The translations under genes were made by a program, and so were the position numbers. A stretch of DNA of 63,673 bases, counting the filler, from Aduncisulcus paluster (lineage: Eukaryota): the NCBI GenBank assembly GCA_024181965.1. It is 8 parts of 8 records of this genome, joined end to end, with 100 filler letters (N's around TTAATTAATTAA, not from the genome) between each part and the next. Parts side by side here need not be neighbours in the genome. Positions count along the whole stretch, not along the records: positions 35,636 to 41,989 come from BQXS01000038.1; positions 42,090 to 44,729 come from BQXS01000039.1; positions 44,830 to 49,299 come from BQXS01000040.1; 5 more parts are not named here. One strand, given 5' to 3'. This document shows, piece by piece, positions 35,887 to 48,848 of this stretch (within the stretch, counting starts at the first letter, position 1; each line of letters opens with the position of its first letter). Below the pieces are notes generated by a model that did no database searches, was not told the origin of the DNA, and saw only the letters and a program-made list of their open reading frames with translations.

Positions 35887-38800
35887 GTGTCACTATGTAT
35901 ATTTTTAGACATTGAGAAACTTGAATCTGTTGTTGACCATTTTCCGACTGAATCTGACCTTCAACTCACCATCAAAGAACTTTCTGAGATTTTATCTGTC
36001 TATTTTGATGAGACCATCGAAGGAGAACTTAAATCTCACGGCTGTTCTGAAGAAGAAGCTAAAGTTAATTTATCTAAAATCACACGATCTATGATGTTCC
36101 TCTATGAATTAAATATGACCAATGCACAGTCAAAACCCTTGCGTAAAGTATCTCATCCTGCTTCCTCTCCTCCTTCATTGTGTTTGGTTAAATTCCCACA
36201 GTTCACCCATCTTTGTAATGACGATAAAGATCTGATAATTATGTCTTCCGTTCCTCCAAGATCAAAATGGCCTTCAACATTATCAGACAACGATGTTTTA
36301 ACCCAACTTATGGATCTGAATGATAATGCAAAGGAAAAGATTATGCAAATTGTTGAAAATAGAAAGAAAGAAGATGGAGAAGAAAGAAAAGGAAAGAAAG
36401 AAATGGAAGAGGAAGAGAAGGAAGAGGAAGAGAAGGAAAAGGAAGAGAAGGAAAAGGAAGAAGAAGAGGAAAAGGAAGAAGAAGAGGAAGATCAGCAAGA
36501 TCATCATCAAGAATTGGATCTTGCATCTCAACTCCAATCGATATCCCCAATGTTGTCACGTTCTTCTTCTTCATTTCGATATGATTCTTCTGTGACTCCT
36601 AAATCAGGAATTCTCAGAAAAAGCACAATTGGAGTTGTAGCACCAACATCTGTCAATATGACTCCCTCCTCCAGTAGTACTCAATCAAGATCAAAGCAAG
36701 TAACGTTCAGTTCCAATTTGGTTGTTCCTCACACTCCTCAACCAATCCCTTCAGTTCCAACTATTACTTTTACTTCTTCTTCTTCACATCATATCTCTTC
36801 TCCTCCAAGTTATGTTCCTCCTATTCCAAAACAGTATTCGTTCTCGCATGTCCTTGAGATCCAGACTGCAATAAGGGATTTTAATGAAGAGATTATGAGC
36901 AACAAAGCTATTATTATTCATTCACAGAATCACTTGGAGGATAATACGACAGAGAACCACACACAACAATACAAGAATATGATTATTGAGCAATTTAAGA
37001 GTTTATCCAATTCTATTTTCATATTTTCATCGTTGCATTCTTCAAAGCTCAACAAGAAATCAAATTCCCTTGCTGAGCTTCGAAGAAACCTTCAGCATTT
37101 CCAAGATGATATAATTATTCCCCTTATAATGAATGGCTATGCAATCGATTTAATGGAAAACATCGAGTTCTTCTTTCTCAACGCTTCTAATTTTAAACGC
37201 TACCTCGGTATTTCCAATGTTGTGTGGTTCATTGCATTAGCTTGTCCCCGAGTTATTTTCTCGTCGAATATAATGAATCCCTATGATATCATGGATAAAG
37301 CCTTTGATCTCAGAGCAGAAGGACAGCTTGTCAACGATTGGAAGGATGTTTTCGCCACTCTGTCGTGTCTCACGACTTGTTGTAGACATTATTACAATTG
37401 TGTTAATCTTAGTCTCTTGGAAAGACAGTCTGTTCCACTGGGTCGGGATAAATTGGTTGTGGAAGCCCAAACTAACCTTAATCACGGCTCAAAAATTATA
37501 TTACAAGTGTTCCCGATTGTAACATACACCATTCAGCATTTGCTTATGTCAGAGATTAAACTAAAGACTAAGAGAAAGAATTCTCTTCTTATCAAAGACC
37601 AAAGTCAAGAAAAAAAGAGAGAGAGAGAAGCAGAGAGAGATCTCCAAGGGAAAAGAAGACATTCATTATACGCCCAGTTGTATCCATTAGCAAAGAAAAA
37701 GAGAAGGAATGAACTGCAAGAAAAAGAGGAGGAAGAGAAAGAGAAAGAAAGAAGGAGAAAAGAAGAANNNNNNNNNNNNNNNNNNNNTAAATTGGTTGTG
37801 GAAGCCCAAACTAACCTTAATCACGGCTCAAAAATTATATTACAAGTGTTCCCGATTGTAACATACACCATTCAGCATTTGCTTATGTCAGAGATTAAAC
37901 TAAAGACTAAGAGAAAGAATTCTCTTCTTATCAAAGACCAAAGTCAAGAAAAAAAGAGAGAGAGAGAAGCAGAGAGAGATCTCCAAGGGAAAAGAAGACA
38001 TTCATTATACGCCCAGTTGTATCCATTAGCAAAGAAAAAGAGAAGGAATGAACTGCAAGAAAAAGAGGAGGAAGAGAAAGAGAAAGAAAGAAGGAGAAGA
38101 AGAAGAAGAAGAAGAAGAGAAAGAGAAAGAGAAAGAGAAAGACCATCAAGAGTTACATTATCACCATGTTTGTTCTAAGAATAGAACCCAGGTGAGAAAG
38201 TACTTAAAAAAGATTGTTGAGAATCTTTTACATACAATCCCATTCCTAGGAAGTGTATTCCAATCCCGTATGACCCAAGCTATCACATATTTTGGTGTCT
38301 TAAACTCTGGTACAATTATTTCTGCTATTTACAATTTATTAAACACTCTGAACATTGTTGTTTCCTATTGTTGTGTTTCCGAGCATCTTGATTCAACAAA
38401 GGAAAAAGATTCTTTGAAGATTATGATTCTTGGATCTCTTGACAAGCTTCATATAGTTCAGAAATGCCTAGAAAGGATTAAAACGAATAGTTTGGAAGAA
38501 ATAGTAGCCACTGGAAAGCCCCAAAGAAAAGACCAGATAGAAAAAACTGTCGGTTTGATAACCAACCCTGCCCCTCTCTTACAATGTCCTATGCTATCTG
38601 TTCCTGATGCTGCTAAAAAAATTGGACAGATACAATGTTCTGTGTTAAATATAAAATCTATATCACATTTAGTTAACCTCTCATCTCCTGTGTCGAAATC
38701 TGACAAAGAATTTGTTGGAAAAGTTGTGACAAAAACATGCGAATATTTGGACGAGAATTCTCAAAACGATTCCAAAACATTCGATATTCTTGAGTTTATA

Positions 38801-40475
38801 ACCTTTATTGAAAGTTTTGTGTCTTCTCAAACGGTGTTATGCCTAGGACTTAATAGTACTTCTCCAAATGTTTTTTCTGGATATGTTATGAAAGCACTTC
38901 GAAGGTTTATAAATATGAGTAAGGGTATTGTTTCAGTGTTGGTATCCACAATGGCGAATCACTCTTCCATCGAAAGGAGTATGATAACGGTGCCTACTTC
39001 TCCTGGAGGCATTGATGATAAGAAGAGGAAACCAAACAGCAAAATTATACCAATGTTTAACAAATTCTTGAGTATTCCATCAATTTCTTCAATAATTCAT
39101 GAAATTGAATGTTGGAAATTGGTATCATTTCGGTGTGGAAGAATTTGTAGAACAATTGAGAGTATTTGGGAACATTTCCATTCTTTTCCCAAACTCATGA
39201 AAGATTCCAGTGCCTTACCCGAAATTAACTCGACATTTTCATTCCAACTTTCATATGCTGACCTCGGACATATATTAGAGTTTGCACCCACATGCACCCT
39301 TGAAGAACTGTTTAAAATGTTTGAGACTGGCGTATTCACTTTGCAACAGCAACGGTTATCTGCGAATCACGATAAACATCCTAAGTTGGGTGCCAAATCT
39401 TCCACTTCTTCTGAAGCCAATGATTTCATCTCCTTTATATTTGATAACCTTGAGAGAACTATTAAGTTATCTTTTAGTTCATCATCCAAAAAATCTCTTG
39501 TCAACATTCCAATAGATTTCCAACCTACCTTCAAACGTTGTCAAATATTATTGAAACTTATAACTCAATCCCTATTCCAGGATCCTGAGAGCTCTGGAGT
39601 GAAATATTCAGAAATGTGGAAACATAAATTTGTGAAAAAGTCTATTCTTATTCTCAATTCTATTTTTATCAAGTCTGATAACACTGTGTTTGCTTCACGG
39701 AAGAATAAGGATGAAAATCCATCAATTTTCAAAGCATCAATGGCCAAATATTCGACATTTATTAATTCTGTATTCATTCCATCAACCTCTCAAGTCTTTC
39801 TCCATGTTTTTTCTCCTTCTTTGCCATTATCTCAACAGGAAGACCTTAATTTCATTGGCTCAATGATATTTGTCGTCTTGCTGTCGAAATGTGCCAATAT
39901 TCTATTAAGAACAATGACTGAAAGAGGAATGAGGTTGCATGAAATTGAAAAGCTGAGGAAATCTCCAATCAAAGAGCTTGAAATTGAATGCAAAAGATTT
40001 TTGGGAGTTGAGGGATGTGTAAAAATCGAAGAGTTAATCAGAATGAAATCATTAAAACCTCCTGAAAATCCTATTTATAGATTCTGTATTCATTCCATCA
40101 ACCTCTCAAGTCTTTCTCCATGTTTTTTCTCCTTCTTTGCCATTATCTCAACAGGAAGACCTTAATTTCATTGGCTCAATGATATTTGTCGTCTTGCTGT
40201 CGAAATGTGCCAATATTCTATTAAGAACAATGACTGAAAGAGGAATGAGGTTGCATGAAATTGAAAAGCTGAGGAAATCTCCAATCAAAGAGCTTGAAAT
40301 TGAATGCAAAAGATTTTTGGGAGTTGAGGGATGTGTAAAAATCGAAGAGTTAATCAGAATGAAATCATTAAAACCTCCTGAAAATCCTATTTATAGATTC
40401 TGTGAGAAAGTATTTTCTATATGTCTTCGATTGGAGCAACTCAAACAATTAAGACACCCCATTTTATCAAAATAG
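35887..40475 (+). CDS. Large hypothetical protein split by a gap duplication, a frameshift near 38090 and a 316-nt duplication
   Basis: ORFs 35887..38178, 38048..40165 and 40137..40475 are collinear pieces. Start uncertain; no family recognised. Confidence 0.65.
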
Positions 40476-40651
40476 ATGCCACCTGATCGTCTCATGTTCA
40501 GGACCTTCTCTGCCAATTCTCAGTTTCATGATCTTTGGGAATGTTAGTTGATGGAAATTCACCCAAGCAAGCACGATATAATGAAGTAAACCCTTGAAAT
40601 GTTCAGTGTCGAGTTCTTTCAGATTTGAGATTGAGGTGATTTCATCATCCA

Positions 40652-40970
40652 TTAGACACTGATGGCTTTAATCATACGATCAATGTCAGCAAAAACGGAG
40701 AAAAGCGTTGAGATGGCTCCGGAACGAATACAGCCTTCTCCATTCAATATTTTCTGAGATTCAGAGGCCATATCGAATCCATCGAATCCATCACCTCGCC
40801 TACCTCCTGTTGTATTGATTCCCTTGGTGGTTCTGATGTCTGGACTGACAATAGTGGGGTCATCTCGAGGAATTGGGATAGATGCAAGTTCTCCCTCATT
40901 AATGAACTCTGGGACAATGATTTCAATCTAATACAGTGGAAATTATCAAAAGCAGAAATGAGGTCAGTAC

Positions 40971-41004
<34 letters not shown>

Positions 41005-41062
41005 TCATAAGCTATAAGAAGGAAATATGGACACATACGTCTGGTTCTGAAGGTGAACTCAT
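40652..41062 (-). CDS. Short (99 aa) spliced gene or pseudogene related to 10215..10775; exons 41062..41039 and 40927..40652
   Basis: A GTATGT...TAG intron containing an (AAT)n microsatellite gives MSSPSEPDIEIIVPEFINEGELASIPIPRDDPTIVSPD... Absent from the ORF track. Confidence 0.6.
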
Positions 41063-42089
41063 TGTAGCGTGACAAAAGGGATGGGGAATATTAATAGCTA
41101 ATCTACAAATTATTTTTTTAAAAAAAGATCACACAGAAAACATGGAAAACCCGACAAACAATAAAGAAACAGAAGAAATTGATGAATCGACGAATCGACC
41201 AAAACAACCAAAATAACCAAAATAAATAAGGTTGATGGGGACGAAAATGGGGAAAGAAATGGTGGAAAATATATGGTAAGATAATGTTCAAAGATATGAT
41301 AATACAAGAAACGTCGCGGCGACCCATATTGCCAATGACTCGGCCGTTTTGATGTTCTCAAGGGTGAATACGACAGAGGATCGGTCAAATGGCCGGGATA
41401 TAATTGACATACAATAAAATAAACGGTCTTTGTGTGTCCAGGAAAGAACGAAAGGAGACAAAATCGAAAAACAAAAATGGTCGATCCATTTCATTTCATT
41501 TTGGACCCATTCCCGACCTCCCATGTCCGAATGTTTTATGCTACTAACCATAACTATGTAAAATGATTGCCTTGATTGTGTTTTCCAAGAAGAGATTTCT
41601 CGATATTAGTATATAACCTTCCAGAACTTCCGATAGTCGCTACAACTTCCATTACTCCCGAGGTTGTCAACATGATGTCCATATATCCATTTATTATGAT
41701 TTGTATAAACGTGATTAGTTGCCGATTTTATCATTCTCTTAAAGACTTTGTCTCTGTAGAAAATGGAATCCGATTCGAAATTCGAATCTTCAAAACATGG
41801 TTGTTTGGGGATCTAAATGCCACATTATCTGGGTTAGTAATGATGGTCAAATCGATTTCAAGAAGTGGATTGCCGACGAGACATGGATAAGTATCTCTAC
41901 TGTTGATGCAAGTATCACCGAGTTTTTACCCCTTGAAACCGTCGTATACATTCATTATTCATCCATTTTTATGTATTTGAAATGAAATANNNNNNNNNNN
42001 NNNNNNNNNNNNNNNNNNNNNNNNNNNNNNNNNTTAATTAATTAANNNNNNNNNNNNNNNNNNNNNNNNNNNNNNNNNNNNNNNNNNNN

Positions 42090-44524
42090 CTTCCATCAAG
42101 AAAATGATTGACTCTTTCTTGCCTTCAATGATCCGAGTTGAAGCTATTCTGAGAGTTGAACGAGAAGAAATGAAAGAAATGGAAGAAGAAGAAGAAGAAG
42201 CTGAAACTGCTGAATCTAGAGTGAATTCCATCACAAAGACATTGTTCAGGATTCTCAGTATCTCGACAGATATTGTTGTATCTCAATGTATTGCCATTTT
42301 CCCCCAAATCTCCACTCTCCTCTCCAACATGTTTATTCTTGGTTTATCTGAGAAACTTGAGGATTCTTTTGCTGAGGATATCCTCGAAACATGTAGGAAT
42401 GTTGCATTTGCCAAAGATGATCCCACCAAGAACTCCCTTTTATCCATTCTTCTCCCCCATATCTTGCCATGGATGAAGAAGTATCCTGATAAGAAGTTCT
42501 TTTTCTTGTGGATGAATATCTTGAAGAACATCACAAATGATAAGGATAACATCGGTTCTGCTAAAGATCGTTCCTCACAACTTTGGTTTGTCTTCCACCC
42601 TGTCTTGGATATTATCAAGGACACTGCTTCCAAAGGTATTGCATTTGATGATGAATGTGTCATTTCATGTTTGTGTTTCTTTTGCAATTTGAGTTGTATT
42701 CCTTCCCAAGCCATTGAAGTTCATGATTGCATTAAAGATGGTCTTCTTGATAGCTGGTTTGAGATAGTGAAGAAGAAAAGTGAAGGAGAGGACACTGATA
42801 TCTGGGGAGTCAAATACTGGTCCAAACTCATTTCCATGCTTTCCACTGTGCCATCTCTTGTTCCTCAACTATCTGCTAAATATGATGCCAAGATGGAATG
42901 GTGTAAGAAGAATGGAGGATGGAGTGGAGATTATGCAAAATATCTTGATAACTGTCATCAATCTCCGAAGAAATGGTCTGAATTAGTTGAAGCTATTAAG
43001 AAATGTTCTGATTCAAAATCAAAATCCAAACTCTACTACAAACATCGAGAAGATATCCTTTCTGTCTTCCTTGCATCCCAATCAAAGAGTGAGATTGAAG
43101 AGCAGAAAAGAGAGATTGTTCTTTGTGTTGAGTGTTTAAGATGGTTTGTTAGATATGCTATTGCTGGAAGGAGTTATATCTATCTCCCAATATCCGATCT
43201 CAACAATCTCATTGACACTTTCATTGATCATCTTTCAAGAGTGGAGGAAATATTGGAAGAAGCTGTTGATGAAGAGTTTTGTAGCATTTGTGTTTCTTAT
43301 TCTTTCAAAGTTGAATATAAAAGAGATTTTTTCCTTCCCAAGATCCTTTCCACTTTCCATCGAATTCTTGAGAGAGGAAGCAAGAAGAAGTTGTCTCATA
43401 ATATCGTTCTAAATTTATTACAAACTCTCAGAAGCATCTCTATTTCTCCCTCTACTTCCACTCGATCCTTTATACTCACTCTCATCAAACCATATGTCAA
43501 AGATTGGTTGAGGTTGTACAATGATAGTGAGTGTTATGGACAATGGATGTTTATTTTATCACGTATCACCCTCTTAAGTGATAATACTTCCCCCGACACC
43601 TCCCTTTGTTCTGAAGCTTGGCCTCTTTTCCACCCTGTTCTTGATGTTGTTAAGAGAGAGTTTGTTGGGGACAAGATTATTGAGTATAGCCATGATAGAG
43701 TTTTATTATTCTTCTCCAACCTATGTTGTGATCCTTCACATGCCATTGTAATCTATGATAATGTTAAGCATCTTCTTGATGGTTGGTTTAAAGTTATCAA
43801 GAGGAAAGAATGTACAACGGGAATTATATACTGGTCCAAACTCATTTACATGCTTTCCACTGTACCATCTCTTGTTCTTCAACTATATCCTAAATATGAT
43901 ACCGACATGATATGGTGTAGAGAACACGAAAAGAGTTATTATTCAACTCACTCTTATAACCAATACCTTTCCAACATTTGCTCCTTCATATCTTCTTCAT
44001 ATCTCTCTTCAACCATTTTACATTCTGTTCCAATGGTTTCATTTATTCCTTCTATTGAGACATCTTTATGTCCGAAGAAAGATGGATATTCATATGCCTC
44101 CCATGTATGTTCTGTTATGAATCTGCTTAAAACTCCCAATCCTTCTCAATCTCAAAAAGACAAAATCTCTTGCTATCACGATATTATCACTGGAAAAGAA
44201 ATTCAAATACAAATCCAACATGTTCTTAAACGTGATAGATCAAGTTCTCAGCATCTCTTCACGTATTCTTCTCTTATCCAATACACTCTTCCCCAACACA
44301 TGCTTGTAAAGATACCACTTGATGATGAGAGATCCTTGAGACAATCTGTGTATGATCTGATTGAACGCACAGGTGGAGGTGTTGAAGTGATGTTTGAACA
44401 GGGATCATTATGTTGTTCGTTTGAAGAATACGATCAAGAAGCATGGAGGAAAAGAATGAAAAAGGTCAAACAGAAAAGAGGAAGAGGACAATCAAAAGAA
44501 GGAAAACATTGTCAAATTGTCTAA
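42090..44524 (+). CDS. ARM-like helical repeat protein with internal duplication and C-terminal CaaX (CQIV), 5' partial
   Basis: Two copies of W..FHPVLD..K...FF.NL...PS.AI...YWSKLI.MLSTVPSLV, followed by a polybasic tail and CQIV. Confidence 0.8.
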
Positions 44525-44829
44525 AGTTTAAACTAATGGGATAATCTTGTTGGAGCGGAGAGAGAGATCATACAATCAAAAAATGAATGATGAATAATGG
44601 TCTTCTTTAAAATAGAGATTGCTCAATAACGTTGAGTAAGTTTATTCTTGAATACAATGCATCATTAAACCCGGGTTTAACGGCAACTCAAATTGTATCT
44701 CTCCCAAAAGAAGCAAGAGTTTCCAAGAGNNNNNNNNNNNNNNNNNNNNNNNNNNNNNNNNNNNNNNNNNNNNTTAATTAATTAANNNNNNNNNNNNNNN
44801 NNNNNNNNNNNNNNNNNNNNNNNNNNNNN

Positions 44830-46949
44830 TTCTGAGCACATTGACGGATGCTGTCGGTGCTCTGAAGATGGATCTTGAGTCTGACACTTCACGCTGGAAT
44901 GGAACGTCTGAATCGTACTGTGTTGGTCTGTGCTCGTTGCGTTCCTTGGAGATCAGTGGGAGTGATGATTCCATTGGTTCCGATCTGTCATCATTCACTT
45001 CTTTGCTGAACAACATTGCCATGTGCAGTGGTCAGTGTGTCAACAGTTATGATGATGGAACGAAAGTGTATCCATTGTCATCCACTCTGACACATCTTGA
45101 TCTCTCCTCCAATGCTATCTCTGACCCTACCATCGTTTCACTCCAACCTGGTCTCTCTGGTGCGACACATCTGACTCTGAGTGACAACTCCATCTCTGAC
45201 CTTGCTCTGTTGCAACAAGTCGTTGATGATTCCAATTCCACAATCGCATATGTTGATGTGAGTGACAATAGACTTGATTGTGGGTCGACTGTGTCTGAGT
45301 GTTTGAATGCACTCGCTGATATCTGTGAGCGGGATATATCTGGATCAGGTGATGGAAATGATGGCGTTGAAGTTGTGTTTGGGGATGTGGATGGTTCTGA
45401 CCCATCCGGACTTGTTTCCCAGGATACGACGTCTGCATGTGGATCTGACTCTTCTTCTTCTTCTTCTTCATCATCATCATCATCGTGCTCATATCTGGAA
45501 GATCATCGTGTGTGTGGAGTTGACTACTCTGTGGATGATGTGGATGTCACAGAGTTGATATGCATCTGTGGGTCAGGATACTATGAAGACATATCCTCTG
45601 GTGAATGTGTTTCTTCTTCTTCTTCTTCTTCTTCTGAATGTTCCAACTGTGGTGGTGAGCGTGGTACATGTGTGTATGATGCTGACTCTGACTCTGACTC
45701 TAGTGATGAATCCTCCCCACTATTCTGTGAGTGTTCAGATGGATGGTATGGAAACGATTGTTCATCCCTTTGTCCTGTTTCTGATGATCTTGGTTTGTGC
45801 AGTGGATCTTCTCGTGGAACATGTGATGCTGCCACCCATACATGTGTGTGTGAGTCTGGGTATTATGGCTCAGCATGCCAACTGAGTTGTTCCGATGACG
45901 ATTCTTGTGAGGGGAATGGAACATGTTCTGTTGGATCCTTCCTTGATCCGTCTTCTTCTGATCCTTCTTCTGTGTCTTCTGAAGCTATTGTATGTGAATG
46001 TTCCTCAGGATGGTATGGATCGTCATGTTTCTCAACAATACCCACCGATGTATTTGTGTCTTCTGACGGAGAGGCTGAGGACTATCCTTGTGGTAGGGAT
46101 TATTCTTATTCCGATAGTTCTGATCCCACAACCGCAAGCTATTCTGCATATGCGAATGAATCATCATCCACATGTGAATGTGCTCCACATGGTCTTGCTC
46201 TGAGTTCGTCTTCTGGGACATGCATTGATCCTGCAACACACCCTGACTATCGTGATATTCCTGGAAATGATACAGCATGCTCTGAATGTGGCACCTCTGC
46301 TTCGAGCCATGGTGTTTGTGAGTTGAATGAGGAGACCATGGTTGCTTCGTGTTCATGCGAACATGGTTGGAAAGATTCGTATTGTGATGCGAATATTTGC
46401 CCAATTTCTTCGGATGGAGTTTTGTGTGGTGGACATGGTGAGTGTGACACGGCAACAGGTGAATGTGAATGTGTTGTGGACACAAGTGATGAAGATGACA
46501 CGAATCCACAATACATTTGGTATGGAGATGCTTGTACCCATGAATGTCCATCTCACCCTTCAAGTGACGTTCTTTGTTCCAGTCTTGGTGTGTGCAACCC
46601 TCTCACTCACTCGTGTCTGTGTGCATGGGGATTCAGTGGAGATGCATGTCAGTGGAACATGTGTGCCATTGGATATGGTGAGTATGGACATGACTCCGAA
46701 TGTTTCGACCATGGTTCGTGTGTTGCTGGTGATTCCTCCAAGAATGAGCCTCCATTCTACTGTTCATGTAAGGTAGGTTGGGGTGGAATGTTCTGTGAAC
46801 GTGACATTTGTTTGTGTGACCCTGAGTCTTCCTATGGATGTGCCACGATCAGTGATGGGTCCAGAGCTTGTAAATGCAAGGAAGGATGGTACGGAAGAGC
46901 TTGTGAGAGGAGATATTCGGGTTCACAGAGGCCATATAGTTTCTTTTAA
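44830..46949 (+). CDS. LRR plus EGF-like (tenascin-like) cysteine-rich surface protein, 5' partial
   Basis: LRRs LTHLDLSSNAISD and HLTLSDNSISD, followed by many CxCxxGWYGxxC repeats. Confidence 0.85.
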
Positions 46950-47135
46950 TTTATTATTTATTTTATTTGTTGAAAAGTTTTGTTATTATCATTTGTTCGT
47001 GTAAATTTGTTGTTTCTTTTTTATGTTTTTTCTAGAACTCTATTTCTTACGTGATAGATCATTATGTTTCTTATCGTATGGATAATTTTCTTCAATTATT
47101 TTTTTGCTATTTTTAAAATCTTGTTTCATTTGATA

Positions 47136-47759
47136 TTTTTTGGAATATTGTTTTTATTGCTCCCAAGACTTGGAATTTCGTATATTATTGATATTTTGTT
47201 CAAACACAGTTTGTTGTGATTTTTTAATTAACTAATTATTTCTTATTTTGACTTATTCTTGATTATCTGAATCTCGAGACTAATTCTTTTCCATGTTTAA
47301 ATTAAAATGTAATGTTATTTTCCGGAATTTACGTATTTTTATTCCCGTTTGGAAAAGGTCCTATTAATATTTATATTTTTATTCTTAAATCATTTCAATA
47401 TTCAAATTTTTTAGATCTTGTGATTTGAATTTTTGTAAAATTGGATTTTTTTTGGAATATTGTTTTTATTGCTCCCAAGACTTGGAATTTCGTATATTAT
47501 TGATATTTTGTTCAAACACAGTTTGTTGTGATTTTTTAATTAACTAATTATTTCTTATTTTGACTTATTCTTGATTATCTGAATCTCGAGACTAATTCTT
47601 TTCCATGTTTAAATTAAAATGTAATGTTATTTTCCGGAATTTACGTATTTTTATTCCCGTTTGGAAAAGGTCCTATTAATATTTATATTTTTATTCTTAA
47701 ATCATTTCAATATTCAAATTTTTTAGATCTTGTGATTTGAATTTTTGTAAAATTGGATT
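47136..47759. repeat. Exact 312-nt tandem duplication of AT-rich DNA
   Basis: 47136..47447 is repeated at 47448..47759, with the junction in a T run. Confidence 0.9.
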
Positions 47760-47808
47760 TTTTTTATTTACTTTCCTCAGATTATTGGATTATTTCCATG
47801 GTCATCAT

Positions 47809-48208
47809 AATTGATTCAATTTATTAAATTGAATTCAACGTTTTCAAAACAGGTTATTTTCCACCTATGTGGATTCCACATTCTTTCTGTTCTCACTCTC
47901 ACTGAGAACACTCAGTAAACTTTCTGATATGTTGACAAGTCAATAATTGACTGGCGACACCAATTACACTTGTTATTAACAAGATAGCTTTTCATATCAT
48001 TGCCAGTGGCAATTTGCCAGAATCTAAGATTCAGAATATTGTTATTTGGTCCCGGGAGAATTAAAACCTGAGCAGCTCATTGCTAATTTGGGCTCATCAG
48101 AATCTGGAATAGAGAGTAGCAAAGAGGAAAAATGTTGTACCTTGAAGGATGTAGTGAAGCAGAAACAAAATTTGATCCCAAGTGGAAAAATATCGATAGA
48201 GATCTATC
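47809..48208. repeat. Chain of overlapping short perfect palindromes
   Basis: More than a dozen inverted repeats, mostly with a 1-nt centre (listed in findings). Confidence 0.9.
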
Positions 48209-48848
48209 TTATCATCGCCGAGTTCGCTGTAGGATTGTAAAAATGCCAATTCGATACCGGCAACTGAAAATTTACTTGTCATGTGAGATGGAGTACGAAA
48301 AACAACCATAATCACGACCATTTAAATAAATTTCAAACAGTAATAACATATATGACGTGAAAGGAACAAAAATATTTCAAACATTTCTATTTTTAGAATT
48401 TCTATTTTTAGAATTCCATTATTCAAAATGCTTTAAAAATGATAAAACTCGGTAGAAAAAACGGTAAATTGAAGGACTTATGAAAAATAAAATGTTAAGA
48501 TGTTTTTCTTTTAGAGATTTCTCCAACATAATCTGTCATTTTCTTCCCCTTTCTTCATTTTTAAAGCTGTTTATATTTCATTTTTATCTTTGGAATGCTT
48601 CTTGAATATCTTCTTACCATCACAATCAAGAAAAGCGAAGAGAAGAGAAGGTGAACCGAAATCCTTCGCACATCGAATTAAACTCCGATATCGAATATAA
48701 TGAGAAATATAGAAAAACATTTAATGATGAAGAAAGGATATCAAACAAATGGAAATTACAGAAAATGAATTCTCCGATGTCAGTTCTGACTGACACTGAG
48801 ATTCATATGACTCACAGAATCATTCAACAACGTTCAACTCTTTATGGG

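Noticed and set aside
39765-40403. 316-nt tandem duplication with ATTCTGT junction microhomology
   Set aside because: Exact, frame-breaking and similar in size to the gap-associated duplications. Treated as an artefact pending reads.
41100-41560. GC-richer non-coding stretch as a possible ncRNA
   Set aside because: No recognisable tRNA, snRNA, SRP or RNase P/MRP motifs by eye. A covariance-model search would be needed.
47809-48208. CRISPR-like or attC-like array interpretation of the palindrome chain
   Set aside because: No repeated unit or regular spacing, and no cas or integrase gene in the window.
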